Below the pieces are notes generated by a model, which saw only the letters and a program-made list of their open reading frames with translations, had not been told where the DNA came from and searched no databases. From a virus, in IMG/VR virus record IMGVR_UViG_3300018411_000639, positions 32,001-96,000 of that record: DNA of 64,000 bases; one strand, written 5' to 3'. The translations under genes were made by a program, and so were the position numbers. Positions 27,166 to 36,217 of this stretch are shown here, one piece after another (positions within the stretch are counted from its first letter, which is position 1; the number at the start of each line of letters is the position of its first letter).

Positions 27166-28823
27166 CAGTTATTCCTCCTTGTTTCAATGGTCCACTTCCA
27201 CGGCGTTTCTCCTTGAGGGTAAACAATCAGCTCCACTTGAGTCGGTTCGCTTCCTTGGTCGGGATTGTAGAGGAGCGCATCCTGTACGTCCTGCAGCGTC
27301 ATCGAACGCGAGGAGTTGGCCGGAATGATGATAGTCTTCGTAAAGACCTCCTTCTTGCCGTTAGCGTACTTGGCGATGGCGGAAACCTTCACCACTTGCG
27401 GTACGTCTTGGGTTACGCAGTCCATACCGAAAGTCTGACTGACCTCTTGCATGTTGTCCTGATAGATCAAAGTAGACTTACCTGGTTGCTTTAAGAAGAG
27501 GTACTGTGTGCCGTTCACCTGCTCTTGTTTCTCTAGTCCGGCTTCGCTTTCCAATGTCTGCCACAACTCCCGATCGACAACGCCATCAGCAGTCAGGCCG
27601 CTTTGTCGCTGAGCCTCTTTTACTGTGAGGATGGTAGCTTCATCCATTAGACCATTCACGACCACACGCCCTGCGATATACTCACGGTCAGCTAGGCTGT
27701 TGAGTGCCTTCTGTAGGACGGAAACCAAGGCCCCTTTATCGCCTTCCCTGAGTTCAGGGTAAGTACTCTCTTCTCTCTGATTCCTGTAAGCATAGACATC
27801 ATATTTGGACACGTAGCCCATCCTTGTTTCGTACCAGTCGCCTTCTTCTCCTGCTATAACCAGATCCTCTTTGTACGGATAGACAGTCAATGGTACAGAC
27901 AGAACCGAAGGACTCTCGTAAACGAGTGCGCCGCTTTTATTTGTCACGACAGCTGACGGATTGATTGGCGCGCCCCCGGCCTCATAAGACTGTAGCAACA
28001 GATAGGTTTCATCGTCCACACCGCCACTGACGCGCAAGCCCTGGCTGGATTGGAAGGCACGAACCGCATCATAAGTACGGGTGTCGTAAATGCCAGTAGA
28101 GACCAAACTGTCGTGCCCTGCAGCCCGCAGAAGGTCTTGCACTCTTCTGACATCCTGGCCACTCAAGGTGTTGGCCGGGTCCAGTGAGAGGTTTCGCTTC
28201 AAGTCCGTGCGGTAAGAGCGAAGATTCTCTGCATTCAAATCTTTGTCATAACGGATATCGAAGTCCGTCAAGGTTCGGATTGTGGCAGACCCTTGCCCCT
28301 CTGTACTGTTTCCGAACGCTTCTCCTGTGAAATTCGTCAGATCCCTTGCAACAAAGCTGAAGGTGTTCTCTGTGAAGATATCCTCTATGGAAAGAACTTG
28401 TCCTTCGTCTGTAATATCCACACCGTAAATGAACATCTGGACAGCTGAACCGTACTCATTAGCGCAGATGATCATGAGATCAAACAGAGGAAGTTCATCC
28501 GCCTTCAGTTTCCCGAACTTCTTGAGCCATGGTGCTTGGTCCAGTAACTCGTTTACCCAATGCTGATTGATAAGTGTAAAGACCATCGTGCCTGCATAGA
28601 TTCGCGTCCCACGGGTAAACCCGCCAACGTTGACCTTTCCGATCAATGGAACAGGCTTCTTGTCTCGGAACATGGAATAGGAGAAGGTAGTCAGAGAACC
28701 CAGTACGATTGGCTTTGTTTGTGGCAGTAAGGCAAACACCAGAGCATCCGTACCAGAGAAGGTTCGGTAGTATTTCGGAATAGATGAATCGGTCATTCGG
28801 CTCGCTTCGTTGTATTCTGGCAA
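27165..28823 (-). CDS. Tail-tube-like protein with two PG-binding domains and an SH3-like domain
   Basis: TFSGTD..RDKKPV..GFTRGTRIYAGTMVF..LPLFD..ANEYG tube motifs; two PG_binding_1 repeats; TTG start at 28823 chosen from the AAAGGAG RBS (ORF track starts at 28847). Confidence 0.75.
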   Translation of the reverse strand: MPEYNEASRMTDSSIPKYYRTFSGTDALVFALLPQTKPIVLGSLTTFSYSMFRDKKPVPLIGKVNVGGFTRGTRIYAGTMVFTLINQHWVNELLDQAPWLKKFGKLKADELPLFDLMIICANEYGSAVQMFIYGVDITDEGQVLSIEDIFTENTFSFVARDLTNFTGEAFGNSTEGQGSATIRTLTDFDIRYDKDLNAENLRSYRTDLKRNLSLDPANTLSGQDVRRVQDLLRAAGHDSLVSTGIYDTRTYDAVRAFQSSQGLRVSGGVDDETYLLLQSYEAGGAPINPSAVVTNKSGALVYESPSVLSVPLTVYPYKEDLVIAGEEGDWYETRMGYVSKYDVYAYRNQREESTYPELREGDKGALVSVLQKALNSLADREYIAGRVVVNGLMDEATILTVKEAQRQSGLTADGVVDRELWQTLESEAGLEKQEQVNGTQYLFLKQPGKSTLIYQDNMQEVSQTFGMDCVTQDVPQVVKVSAIAKYANGKKEVFTKTIIIPANSSRSMTLQDVQDALLYNPDQGSEPTQVELIVYPQGETPWKWTIETRRNN

Positions 28824-28851
28824 AGCATAACACTCCTTTCGTATCATATAG

Positions 28852-28876
28852 AAAAAGGCCGACCAAATGGCCGGCC
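28852..28876 (-). terminator. Rho-independent terminator after the tail tube gene
   Basis: GGCCGGCC-ATTT-GGTCGGCC followed by TTTTT. Confidence 0.75.
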
Positions 28877-28887
28877 CTGTTCTATGT

Positions 28888-29685
28888 CTATAAGCTTGCG
28901 CTTGTAGGTTGAACGCCTTTCAGCGAGCCACCCATTTCGCGACTGTAAACGCCACGAACTAGCGGAGACAATCGTCTAGCGATGTAAGTCATCTGTCTTT
29001 CCATCACTACCGTATCTACAGACACACCGGAACTTTCGTTCAAGATGTCGATGTCATAGATTTTTTGGAATGCGGTTTGACCGTACTCATTCGCAAAAGT
29101 CAGCGTTGCATCGAACGGAGGCAATGTATCAGCGTACAAGATGTTTTCTCCACGAATCGGAGAGAACCCAGCCGGAACGTATACGTCCGCAGCGTCTTCA
29201 TAGCTTTCAACAAAGTAACCTGTGTCGTCGAAGTTCGGTTTGCCGTTACTTCCGGGTTGAGCGTTCGCCACGATTTGGCTTGTTCCGCTGAATCCGTATC
29301 CTGGGTTGTTCAGGTTAGCAGCAGCACTAGCGTTCACATTCCATTTCAGCATATTTAAAGCATCCGTAAATGCTTCGGATTTTGCTTGCACCGCGTTGCC
29401 GGCAGCTGTAAACATTGCAGCAGGAGCCACTTTGTCCCAGATAGATTGCATAGCAGTGATCAAGGAATCGTGATCGAAGACTGCGAAGACCATAGAGCCA
29501 GCAATTCCGCGTTTTCCGCGAGAAAACGAACGAGCATCAGCAGATCCCAATGTGAATACCGGAGCTTTTTCACGCTGGATCGCATAAGAGATTTGTTGCA
29601 ATTCACCTACGACTTGGTTTGCGAAGCTGACAACTAGGTCGGCACCACTGAAAGACGTTAAAGTGTTAATGGTTGGGCTTGCCAT
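28888..29685 (-). CDS. Tail tube protein
   Basis: 265 aa directly after the sheath gene; SFSGADL..QREKAPV..RSFSRGKRGIAGSMVF..LPPFD..FANEYG; strong RBS. Confidence 0.75.
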   Translation of the reverse strand: MASPTINTLTSFSGADLVVSFANQVVGELQQISYAIQREKAPVFTLGSADARSFSRGKRGIAGSMVFAVFDHDSLITAMQSIWDKVAPAAMFTAAGNAVQAKSEAFTDALNMLKWNVNASAAANLNNPGYGFSGTSQIVANAQPGSNGKPNFDDTGYFVESYEDAADVYVPAGFSPIRGENILYADTLPPFDATLTFANEYGQTAFQKIYDIDILNESSGVSVDTVVMERQMTYIARRLSPLVRGVYSREMGGSLKGVQPTSASL

Positions 29686-29760
29686 TGAGATTCCTCCTTT
29701 GTTTATGTGGCCTGACTATTGCCGGGGCTTTTACACCCCGGATTGGTCGGCGTTGCTAGA

Positions 29761-32124
29761 TTAAGAAGCTTTTAATCCTACAACAGTTGTGATGCGACGC
29801 AATTCTTGAGGAGGAACGATCGTTAATTCGATACGAGCCTGACCTAAGACTTGGTCTTGGACGCTTGATGTTACGATGAAGTCGTAATCTAAGATCACGC
29901 CTTTTTCTTTCAAGAGACCTAATCGTTTGCTGATAGCAGCAGACAATGCGTTCATTTGTTCAGTTGTGTTCGCTTCACCGATGTAAGGCTCGGATACGTC
30001 GCGGATTTGGTCAACGGTTTCACGGATTACTTTCGTTGTCGTCAAGCGCGCGTAGTCGGAACCAGCTGCGGCAGAGGTGATGCCATCTACAACGTAAGCA
30101 GCCCCTGCGTTTGCACCTTGTTGGTCAAACTTAGTTTTGAACACTACGATTCGGTTGCCCAAGATAGCGTTCATTTGTGGGTTAGACAAGCGGTAACGCA
30201 AGCCTCTTACACCCGCAAGGCGTTTGTTCGCTGGAGCAGAATGAACCGGGATAACAGCGTTCAAGCCAACGTAAGCGACAGCAGGAGATCCGTAAGAACG
30301 TCCCAATGCTCTGCTTTGGTAAACTGGCTCAGGAGAACCGACTACTGTCAGGAAGCTACCCAAGTCGATTGGCTTACCATCGTTGTCGATGATGATGTTA
30401 CCCACTTCATCGCGCATCAGGTACGTGTTTGGCATGTTCGCCAATTTGTTCGCGTGAGCCTGAATGCCTGCCAAAGAAGTGTCTGTTGCAGGACGAACGT
30501 CGATTGCGCCCAAGGTAATCTTGCTGCGGTACGAAAGCACCGTGCAGAACAAACCTAGTTCGTAAGCGAAGTTCTGGTAGCGGCCAGGAAGAACGTCGTC
30601 AGCGTAAACGCCTAGAGGAACAACCCAATCCGTTTGGTAATCTTCTAGCAACTGGTAAGCCCCTTGTACGCTGACAAAGCCTTCACTATCACGGACACCA
30701 GATAGCGCCTCGAACAATTTAGTCTTGTCTGTCGTAATGCCGTTGTCGCCACCGATGAAGTTTACGCCATCAGCGCCGCCCTCTGCCAAGTTAGAAACCA
30801 ATTCTGATACCAAAGCGTCAGGGAAGACTGTTTTCGCGCGGTAGACGCTGTTGCTGTAGTCGCCGTTGATTGCTTCTACTAACTGACCGAAAGTAGGGTA
30901 GTCGATTGAAGTGAACACCATTGGTTGCTCAGCGACTTGTTTTCTCTTCGACAACGGTTTGATGATTTTCACAGTTTTACCTGCGACATCTCCGTTCGCG
31001 TCCAAGATATCCTCGACGATGACCGTACTCTGGTTGTAGACTTCACCTGCGAAGTAAGAGGAGATTTCGATGTTGCGCTCTACCAACTGTACATCTTCGT
31101 AGCTGTACGTTACGGCAACTTGAGACCCTAGTGGGTAGAATTTCTTCTCCAATTTTACGGTTTTCGCTGTAGCGTCTACGATGAAAGCAATCGGGTTTGT
31201 CATCTCAACGCCATTCACGTAAACATGAACCGATCCGCTAACTGGTGTGTGTGCGATGGTTTTGCTTTGCAAGCTAGTTGCAGCTGTGTAAGGTGTTACG
31301 CCGTCGCCTGTTTCAGTCGCATGGAATACGTCGGTTGTGATACCTGTGTAGTCCACTTTGATTTCGTCGCCCGCTTGTGCTGGGTTTCCGACTGCGTAAG
31401 TTGTGATTTTCACTGTGCGGTCTGTGACTTGGTAGCCGCCTTCAGCAATTTCCAATCCGCCGACAAACACATGGATAGCACCCTTTGGCTTGTAAGCTAA
31501 CTCTAAGCTAGTTTCTTCATCCAACAAGTGCGTTTCCTTTACAACTTCGGTAGTACGGTAGTGATCGTATTGCACTTGCAAGGAAGCCCCTGCGTCGCAC
31601 ACATTAGGAGCCAAGATGACTTGACCATCCGTTTCGTTTACGGTCACACCACCAGTGATCAATACACCTTTAGCGTAAACTTTAGTAGAAGCCTGTACGA
31701 TGGTACCGTTTTGCAACTGGATAGTAGTCAGGTCGTTACCCTCTGCATAGCCTAATTCTTCCGTTGACGTTTCTACGGTAGTAAGTGTTTCTGGCGTCTT
31801 CTTCAAAGACGTTTTTGCACGTGTACCAGTTACACGCATCAAGCGAATATCTCGTACCCCGTTCTCGTATAACTCTTTTGCAGCCTTAACTAAGGTTGAT
31901 CCGTTAGGGGCTCCGTTTGCGTTGATCTCTTTACCGAAGACTGTCTCCAGTGTGTTGATGTCAATCGCGACAGGTTCCATTACGGGACCGTCTACTGCTG
32001 TTCCCAGCAATAGCACGCTATCTGTCTGAGCTGCAGAGATGTCACTGCGTAGAGCCAACCCACCATCTTTAAATTCAACCAGATGGCCCGGTAAGTTCGG
32101 GTATTGGTTCGTCATGCCAGCCAT
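29761..32124 (-). CDS. Tail sheath protein (with inserted beta-sandwich repeats)
   Basis: 787 aa; LLGTAVDGPVMEPV N-terminus; FIGGDNG; C-terminal SEPYIGEANT...IELTIVPPQELRRI sheath signature. Confidence 0.85.
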   Translation of the reverse strand: MAGMTNQYPNLPGHLVEFKDGGLALRSDISAAQTDSVLLLGTAVDGPVMEPVAIDINTLETVFGKEINANGAPNGSTLVKAAKELYENGVRDIRLMRVTGTRAKTSLKKTPETLTTVETSTEELGYAEGNDLTTIQLQNGTIVQASTKVYAKGVLITGGVTVNETDGQVILAPNVCDAGASLQVQYDHYRTTEVVKETHLLDEETSLELAYKPKGAIHVFVGGLEIAEGGYQVTDRTVKITTYAVGNPAQAGDEIKVDYTGITTDVFHATETGDGVTPYTAATSLQSKTIAHTPVSGSVHVYVNGVEMTNPIAFIVDATAKTVKLEKKFYPLGSQVAVTYSYEDVQLVERNIEISSYFAGEVYNQSTVIVEDILDANGDVAGKTVKIIKPLSKRKQVAEQPMVFTSIDYPTFGQLVEAINGDYSNSVYRAKTVFPDALVSELVSNLAEGGADGVNFIGGDNGITTDKTKLFEALSGVRDSEGFVSVQGAYQLLEDYQTDWVVPLGVYADDVLPGRYQNFAYELGLFCTVLSYRSKITLGAIDVRPATDTSLAGIQAHANKLANMPNTYLMRDEVGNIIIDNDGKPIDLGSFLTVVGSPEPVYQSRALGRSYGSPAVAYVGLNAVIPVHSAPANKRLAGVRGLRYRLSNPQMNAILGNRIVVFKTKFDQQGANAGAAYVVDGITSAAAGSDYARLTTTKVIRETVDQIRDVSEPYIGEANTTEQMNALSAAISKRLGLLKEKGVILDYDFIVTSSVQDQVLGQARIELTIVPPQELRRITTVVGLKAS

Positions 32125-32141
32125 TATGTTTCCTCCTGTCT

Positions 32142-32909
32142 CTATAAATCATAAGTAATGTCTGAAGCTTTATAAATATCGGGTTCAGCCCCTATATCTA
32201 CCGTAGGTTCGGCATTGACCTCTAAGTCAATGCGCTTGATGGTACTGAGTCGCACGGCACTAATCCGTTCCAGACGGATGTAGTACATCAGACTTCGCAT
32301 CGGGATACCATCTAAGAAGTGCATGGATTGACGAGGATTTACTTCCTTGAGGAAGAAGATCTCGCTGATGCCCTGTCTTTTCAGATATCCTGCGTAAGCT
32401 CCGATTAGTCCTTCGAACCGAGCCATCAGCTTGCGGGTCTCTAGGTTGGTCCTGCCCCAAAAGTTGAACTCCACAATGCAATCGAACCACTGTCGGTATA
32501 GATTGAATGCGTCACCCGTCTTCTGTCCGGCCACCACTTCGAAAACCGTATCTGTTAGCGTGGGCTTGATGGATGTTTTTTCAGCAACCTCTCTGCTGTT
32601 CACATCGAAGGTAATCTGAGGAAGAACCAGTTTGTCCGGATCTTCCCCTCTCGGATAGTCCAGTGAGAGGACCCCCCACCCGTCACCCCATGCTGCGTTG
32701 AGAACTCTACGCAACAAAATCCCAAGCTGTTCGATATCGTCGATGTTTTCATCGGCTGCCATGCGAGCCTTCTCGCTCTCAACCGAACTTTCATCCGACT
32801 GAATGTAAGAGATGGCTTCCGGAGCCTTCTTTCGTGTCGGAATTGACACATCTGACGAAGGCTTTCCGAAATAGCTATCGTAAGCTACCTGATCTATCCC
32901 ACTGGACAT
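32142..32909 (-). CDS. Putative tail terminator/completion protein
   Basis: 255 aa; QWFDCIVEFNFWG..SLMYYIRLE motif; position immediately before the sheath gene. Confidence 0.5.
   Translation of the reverse strand: MSSGIDQVAYDSYFGKPSSDVSIPTRKKAPEAISYIQSDESSVESEKARMAADENIDDIEQLGILLRRVLNAAWGDGWGVLSLDYPRGEDPDKLVLPQITFDVNSREVAEKTSIKPTLTDTVFEVVAGQKTGDAFNLYRQWFDCIVEFNFWGRTNLETRKLMARFEGLIGAYAGYLKRQGISEIFFLKEVNPRQSMHFLDGIPMRSLMYYIRLERISAVRLSTIKRIDLEVNAEPTVDIGAEPDIYKASDITYDL
32834..32849 (+). repeat. Dispersed 16-bp motif GTGTCGGAATTGACAC
   Basis: Perfect copy; read as VSIPT, a different frame from the GVNSDT copies. Confidence 0.85.
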
Positions 32910-32926
32910 TCCTTTCCCTCCTTGCT

Positions 32927-34492
32927 TTATGTGGTCTGGATGGCGAAGCCACCCTCCACTTTTACGCCCTCAATCATGTATTGCGTCTGCAACACGAGAA
33001 TGAAGCGCAATTCTCCTTCTTCCCAGTTGACACGAAAATCCACTTCAAAAGAGAGGAGGACATCTTTCGTAGCCAAGATGTTCAGAATGTACTCAACGTC
33101 TTTCCGCAAGACACCGTTTTCGATGACGCCCGTGATATCTTCCCCGATGTAACCCTCTAATGTTTTTCGGACATAAGAGATCACCAGTTGCACCATCCGC
33201 ACATTGCACAAAAGATGCAAATCCGTCTTGGCACTCTCGGCAGGCGTTACACCGCTAAAGACCACGACCCGCTCAAAGAACGGGCTATGACGAAAAGAGA
33301 CAACACCCATATCCGCCAACCGGCGAAGCGTACCCTCTTCCATTTCGTTGAAGAGAAGAATGCTTTCCGGTAATGGGACGTTGGTTGTATTGCTCGGAAC
33401 GCTCAGACTGGCTATCAATCCGGCATAAGCGGTGCACCCATTGGATACGCTCTGCCCGTACCGATACCCTAGGTCCCCTGCCACAATCGAGACCAAGAAA
33501 CGCAGGTCTTCGTATGTAGTGTCCTGGAAGTTCAGAGCAAGACTTGCCTCGACCACGCGGAAGGTGTACTCGTCTTCCTGTCCGAAAAGGCTCGGGTCAT
33601 ACGTGGGATTGAATCCCATTACACCATGTGTGATCAGACCGAAGCGCATCTGCCTTGCACAGAAGTCAAGCAGCTGACCATAGTAGGTCAACAGTGGGCT
33701 CCCGTCCTTCGTTGTCAGGTAATCTCGGTCATCCTGATAAAACAAAGTGCCGTATTCCGCTTGACCGTAAGAGTACCTTTCCGGTGCAACGTCATCCATG
33801 TACGCTTCGACTGGCACAATCACGTCAACATCCGAACCCTCCAGTAAATCATAGCTCTGTTGGAGTGCATGATAGTATTGGTTCTTCTTGTAACTCAGAC
33901 CGCTATCCCCTCCGTAGAGGAAGACCTCTTCTGGATTACAAGGAGCAAGGCTCCCCAACAAGGGGGTGGATGGATCGACCAGGCACTGTGCGTGAATCAG
34001 GTTCAATCCATTTTCGGTGTCGGTATTGATTGCGGAGACCAGTTGCCCGAACAGTTCGTATTCCTCGAAACGGTAGATTCGGACTTGTGACCCGAACTCT
34101 ACTGGAAAGTGGAACGTCAGCTCTTCTTCGTGAAGCGTGATCTTCACGTTATTATATGCCTCATTGGACTCACTGGCCTTCAGTACGAATCCGTCCTCCA
34201 TGATGCCACCGTCGCTGATGTTTACGTTGAAGTACGTGATCGCATGAGTCCCGGTAGTCTTTACAACATATACGTCATTTTCTTGAGAAGCCTCTTTTAC
34301 AGATTGGAAGGCGTCAATCAAGCTCCCTTTCAACCCGAAGCGCTTTTGCAGCTGCCCTAAACTCTTGATCAGAACAGGTCGGTTAGTGGGTCCAAACTCG
34401 GAAGAGCCTAGCAGGTAAATTTTACGCCCATGAAGTTCACTGTTCAGTATCTCCTGAGCAATCTCTTCTGTTAGCTTTTTTGTGCCGGCCAT
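32927..34492 (-). CDS. Second tail-sheath-like protein
   Basis: 521 aa; LLGSSEFGPTNRPV, LYGGDSG, YDLLEGSDVDVIVPV, AYAGLIA and LEGYIGE motifs parallel the 787-aa sheath. Confidence 0.75.
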   Translation of the reverse strand: MAGTKKLTEEIAQEILNSELHGRKIYLLGSSEFGPTNRPVLIKSLGQLQKRFGLKGSLIDAFQSVKEASQENDVYVVKTTGTHAITYFNVNISDGGIMEDGFVLKASESNEAYNNVKITLHEEELTFHFPVEFGSQVRIYRFEEYELFGQLVSAINTDTENGLNLIHAQCLVDPSTPLLGSLAPCNPEEVFLYGGDSGLSYKKNQYYHALQQSYDLLEGSDVDVIVPVEAYMDDVAPERYSYGQAEYGTLFYQDDRDYLTTKDGSPLLTYYGQLLDFCARQMRFGLITHGVMGFNPTYDPSLFGQEDEYTFRVVEASLALNFQDTTYEDLRFLVSIVAGDLGYRYGQSVSNGCTAYAGLIASLSVPSNTTNVPLPESILLFNEMEEGTLRRLADMGVVSFRHSPFFERVVVFSGVTPAESAKTDLHLLCNVRMVQLVISYVRKTLEGYIGEDITGVIENGVLRKDVEYILNILATKDVLLSFEVDFRVNWEEGELRFILVLQTQYMIEGVKVEGGFAIQTT

Positions 34493-35034
34493 ACATACCG
34501 CTTCCTCTCTGCCAAGATGCGTTTCGCTTTCAACGGCAGCCTCTGGATGGTAGTCCTTACTTGCCCCAATAGATCCGGCTTCATTTTGACAGAAGCGTCA
34601 TAGAACTCCACCCGTCCATCGTCCCCCCGAACTTCGTTGATCCCGGAAATCTCGTAGACCCGTTTCACATCAGCAGGTCTGCCGTCCTTGTCCCACCCCA
34701 CCACGATAATGATGTCCCGGCTTTTCGGCCGGATTTGGTAGTCAAGAAAAAACTGCTCGATTGATTGTGATACGGCTCCGACATCCGTGATGCGAAGCTT
34801 ATTGGAGGAACTGGCTGAGGATGGCTTCGTTTGAATGCCCCTGATCTTTTCGATGCTGGACAAATGACCGTTTCCGAAACAGACGGGACAGCTTGCATCG
34901 CCCGAATTGTAGAGGGGAGAGAAACACCTACAACGAATGTATCTCGTCGCCCTCACATACAATATATCCATCGAAAAGGCGTTTTGTAATACGTTGAACT
35001 CTTTTCTTAGGTCAATTCCACGATCGCCCAGCAT
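34471..35034 (-). CDS. Putative neck / head-closure protein with Cys4 Zn-finger-like motif
   Basis: 187 aa; CRC...CPVCFGNG; RGDDGRVEFY; position between the adaptor and tail genes. Confidence 0.55.
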   Translation of the reverse strand: MLGDRGIDLRKEFNVLQNAFSMDILYVRATRYIRCRCFSPLYNSGDASCPVCFGNGHLSSIEKIRGIQTKPSSASSSNKLRITDVGAVSQSIEQFFLDYQIRPKSRDIIIVVGWDKDGRPADVKRVYEISGINEVRGDDGRVEFYDASVKMKPDLLGQVRTTIQRLPLKAKRILAERKRYVWPAQKS

Positions 35035-35876
35035 TAGAAGCTATCCCTTGTGGCTCGAGGGTACGCATAACTCGTCCCCGCCTTCACAAAACTAAGGGAC
35101 AATGCGGGCGCCGCTTGAAACATTCCTTCCAGTGGAGCAAAGAGCGCCTTGAATCGGGCAAGCATCTCACCCAACTTCGGAAGGGTGACCTCGTCTTCGA
35201 TTTGAATCTCGCTGATGCGTTTGGAACGTGATCCGGAAAGACCTGCCAACGAGAGATAGATGGCATTGATAAGATCAAGGTTCGTCTTGTAGCGCACCCA
35301 TTTCTTCAACCTTCTTTCGAAAGATACTTCGTTGTCGATGGTATTCTCTTCCAAGAACTCATCCTTGTTCTCGTCGGCTTCCTTGCTGTTGAAGTAGATG
35401 ACGCGCCCGATCTCTTCGTCCGTCGCGCCGTTCAGAAGGTCGCCTGTATCGGATCGGATCTTGCTGATGCTTGCGTGGAAGGGATCGCACTTGGACACGA
35501 AGCTCCACGAAACATCGCCACGTCTTGTAGCGATGAAAACCTGAAACACGCTGTTAGGTGCTAACTTTTCCACTGACCCATACTTCGTGTAAATCGCATG
35601 GATGTTTTTCGGATTGCTAGAGATAACATCCACCACCAGTTGATCACTGGCAAACATGGACGCAATGATGAGTCGGTCGCCTTCCTCCAGTTCGTAATTG
35701 AACAGGATGGTCCGGCTGTCCACCTCGATGTAATCTGATTCTTCCCCACCCACAACCAGAATCCCGTTAAGGTAGACCATCAGTGTTCCTCCGATGTAAG
35801 GCTTGGATGTCCGGAAAACTCTTTGGCCGACTGTTGCGGTTAAGTGGTCATAGATGAAATATCCTTCTTCTGTCAT
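35034..35876 (-). CDS. Putative head-tail adaptor with N-terminal repeat domain
   Basis: 280 aa; N-terminal GQRVF..YLNG..DYIE..I.F..L.EGD module; C-terminal helical region with a SRSKRISEIQI adaptor-like motif. Confidence 0.5.
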   Translation of the reverse strand: MTEEGYFIYDHLTATVGQRVFRTSKPYIGGTLMVYLNGILVVGGEESDYIEVDSRTILFNYELEEGDRLIIASMFASDQLVVDVISSNPKNIHAIYTKYGSVEKLAPNSVFQVFIATRRGDVSWSFVSKCDPFHASISKIRSDTGDLLNGATDEEIGRVIYFNSKEADENKDEFLEENTIDNEVSFERRLKKWVRYKTNLDLINAIYLSLAGLSGSRSKRISEIQIEDEVTLPKLGEMLARFKALFAPLEGMFQAAPALSLSFVKAGTSYAYPRATRDSF

Positions 35877-35893
35877 GTTTTCACCTCGGCTTC

Positions 35894-35922
35894 ATTATAC
35901 TATAGGGTGTCGGAATTGACAA
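35894..35922 (-). promoter_or_regulatory. SigmaA-type promoter overlapped by the dispersed motif and a 9-bp inverted repeat
   Basis: TTGTCA-17 bp-TATAAT then GAGGTG RBS and ATG at 35876; ATAGGGTGT/ACACCCTAT inverted repeat at 35902-35931. Confidence 0.75.
35907..35922 (+). repeat. Dispersed motif copy GTGTCGGAATTGACAA (only intergenic copy)
   Basis: 15/16 match; covers the -35 box of the promoter. Confidence 0.85.
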
Positions 35923-35971
35923 ACACCCTATTGAACTCACTTGCTCAGAAAGAGCGACACGCCAACCAATT

Positions 35972-36202
35972 TCAGTGGGTCGGCACAACGGCCTTCCACT
36001 CCAAGGGGAGTGTCCTCGGTTTCGAGATGGGTACCTTCTCTACTTCTTTTGTGGACAGACTGTAACCGTAACTTACCTTCGCAACTCTGCCTCCCCCGAC
36101 AGATCCCGGAAAGAGGTTCACCACTCCGGGTCTAGGCACTACAGGTTTGACGCCCACTTTTACGTCTGGTGCGGACCTTGTTAGTCCCTGATAAATTGCC
36201 AT
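35972..36202 (-). CDS. Small hypothetical protein
   Basis: 76 aa; AGAAGG RBS; fills the gap in the operon. Confidence 0.6.
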   Translation of the reverse strand: MAIYQGLTRSAPDVKVGVKPVVPRPGVVNLFPGSVGGGRVAKVSYGYSLSTKEVEKVPISKPRTLPLEWKAVVPTH

Positions 36203-36217
36203 CTTTAAACCTTCTTT

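Noticed and set aside
2082-34492. Extracellular contractile injection system / tailocin interpretation (multiple sheath and tube genes)
   Set aside because: A major capsid gene and neck/adaptor genes are in the same cluster, indicating a complete phage
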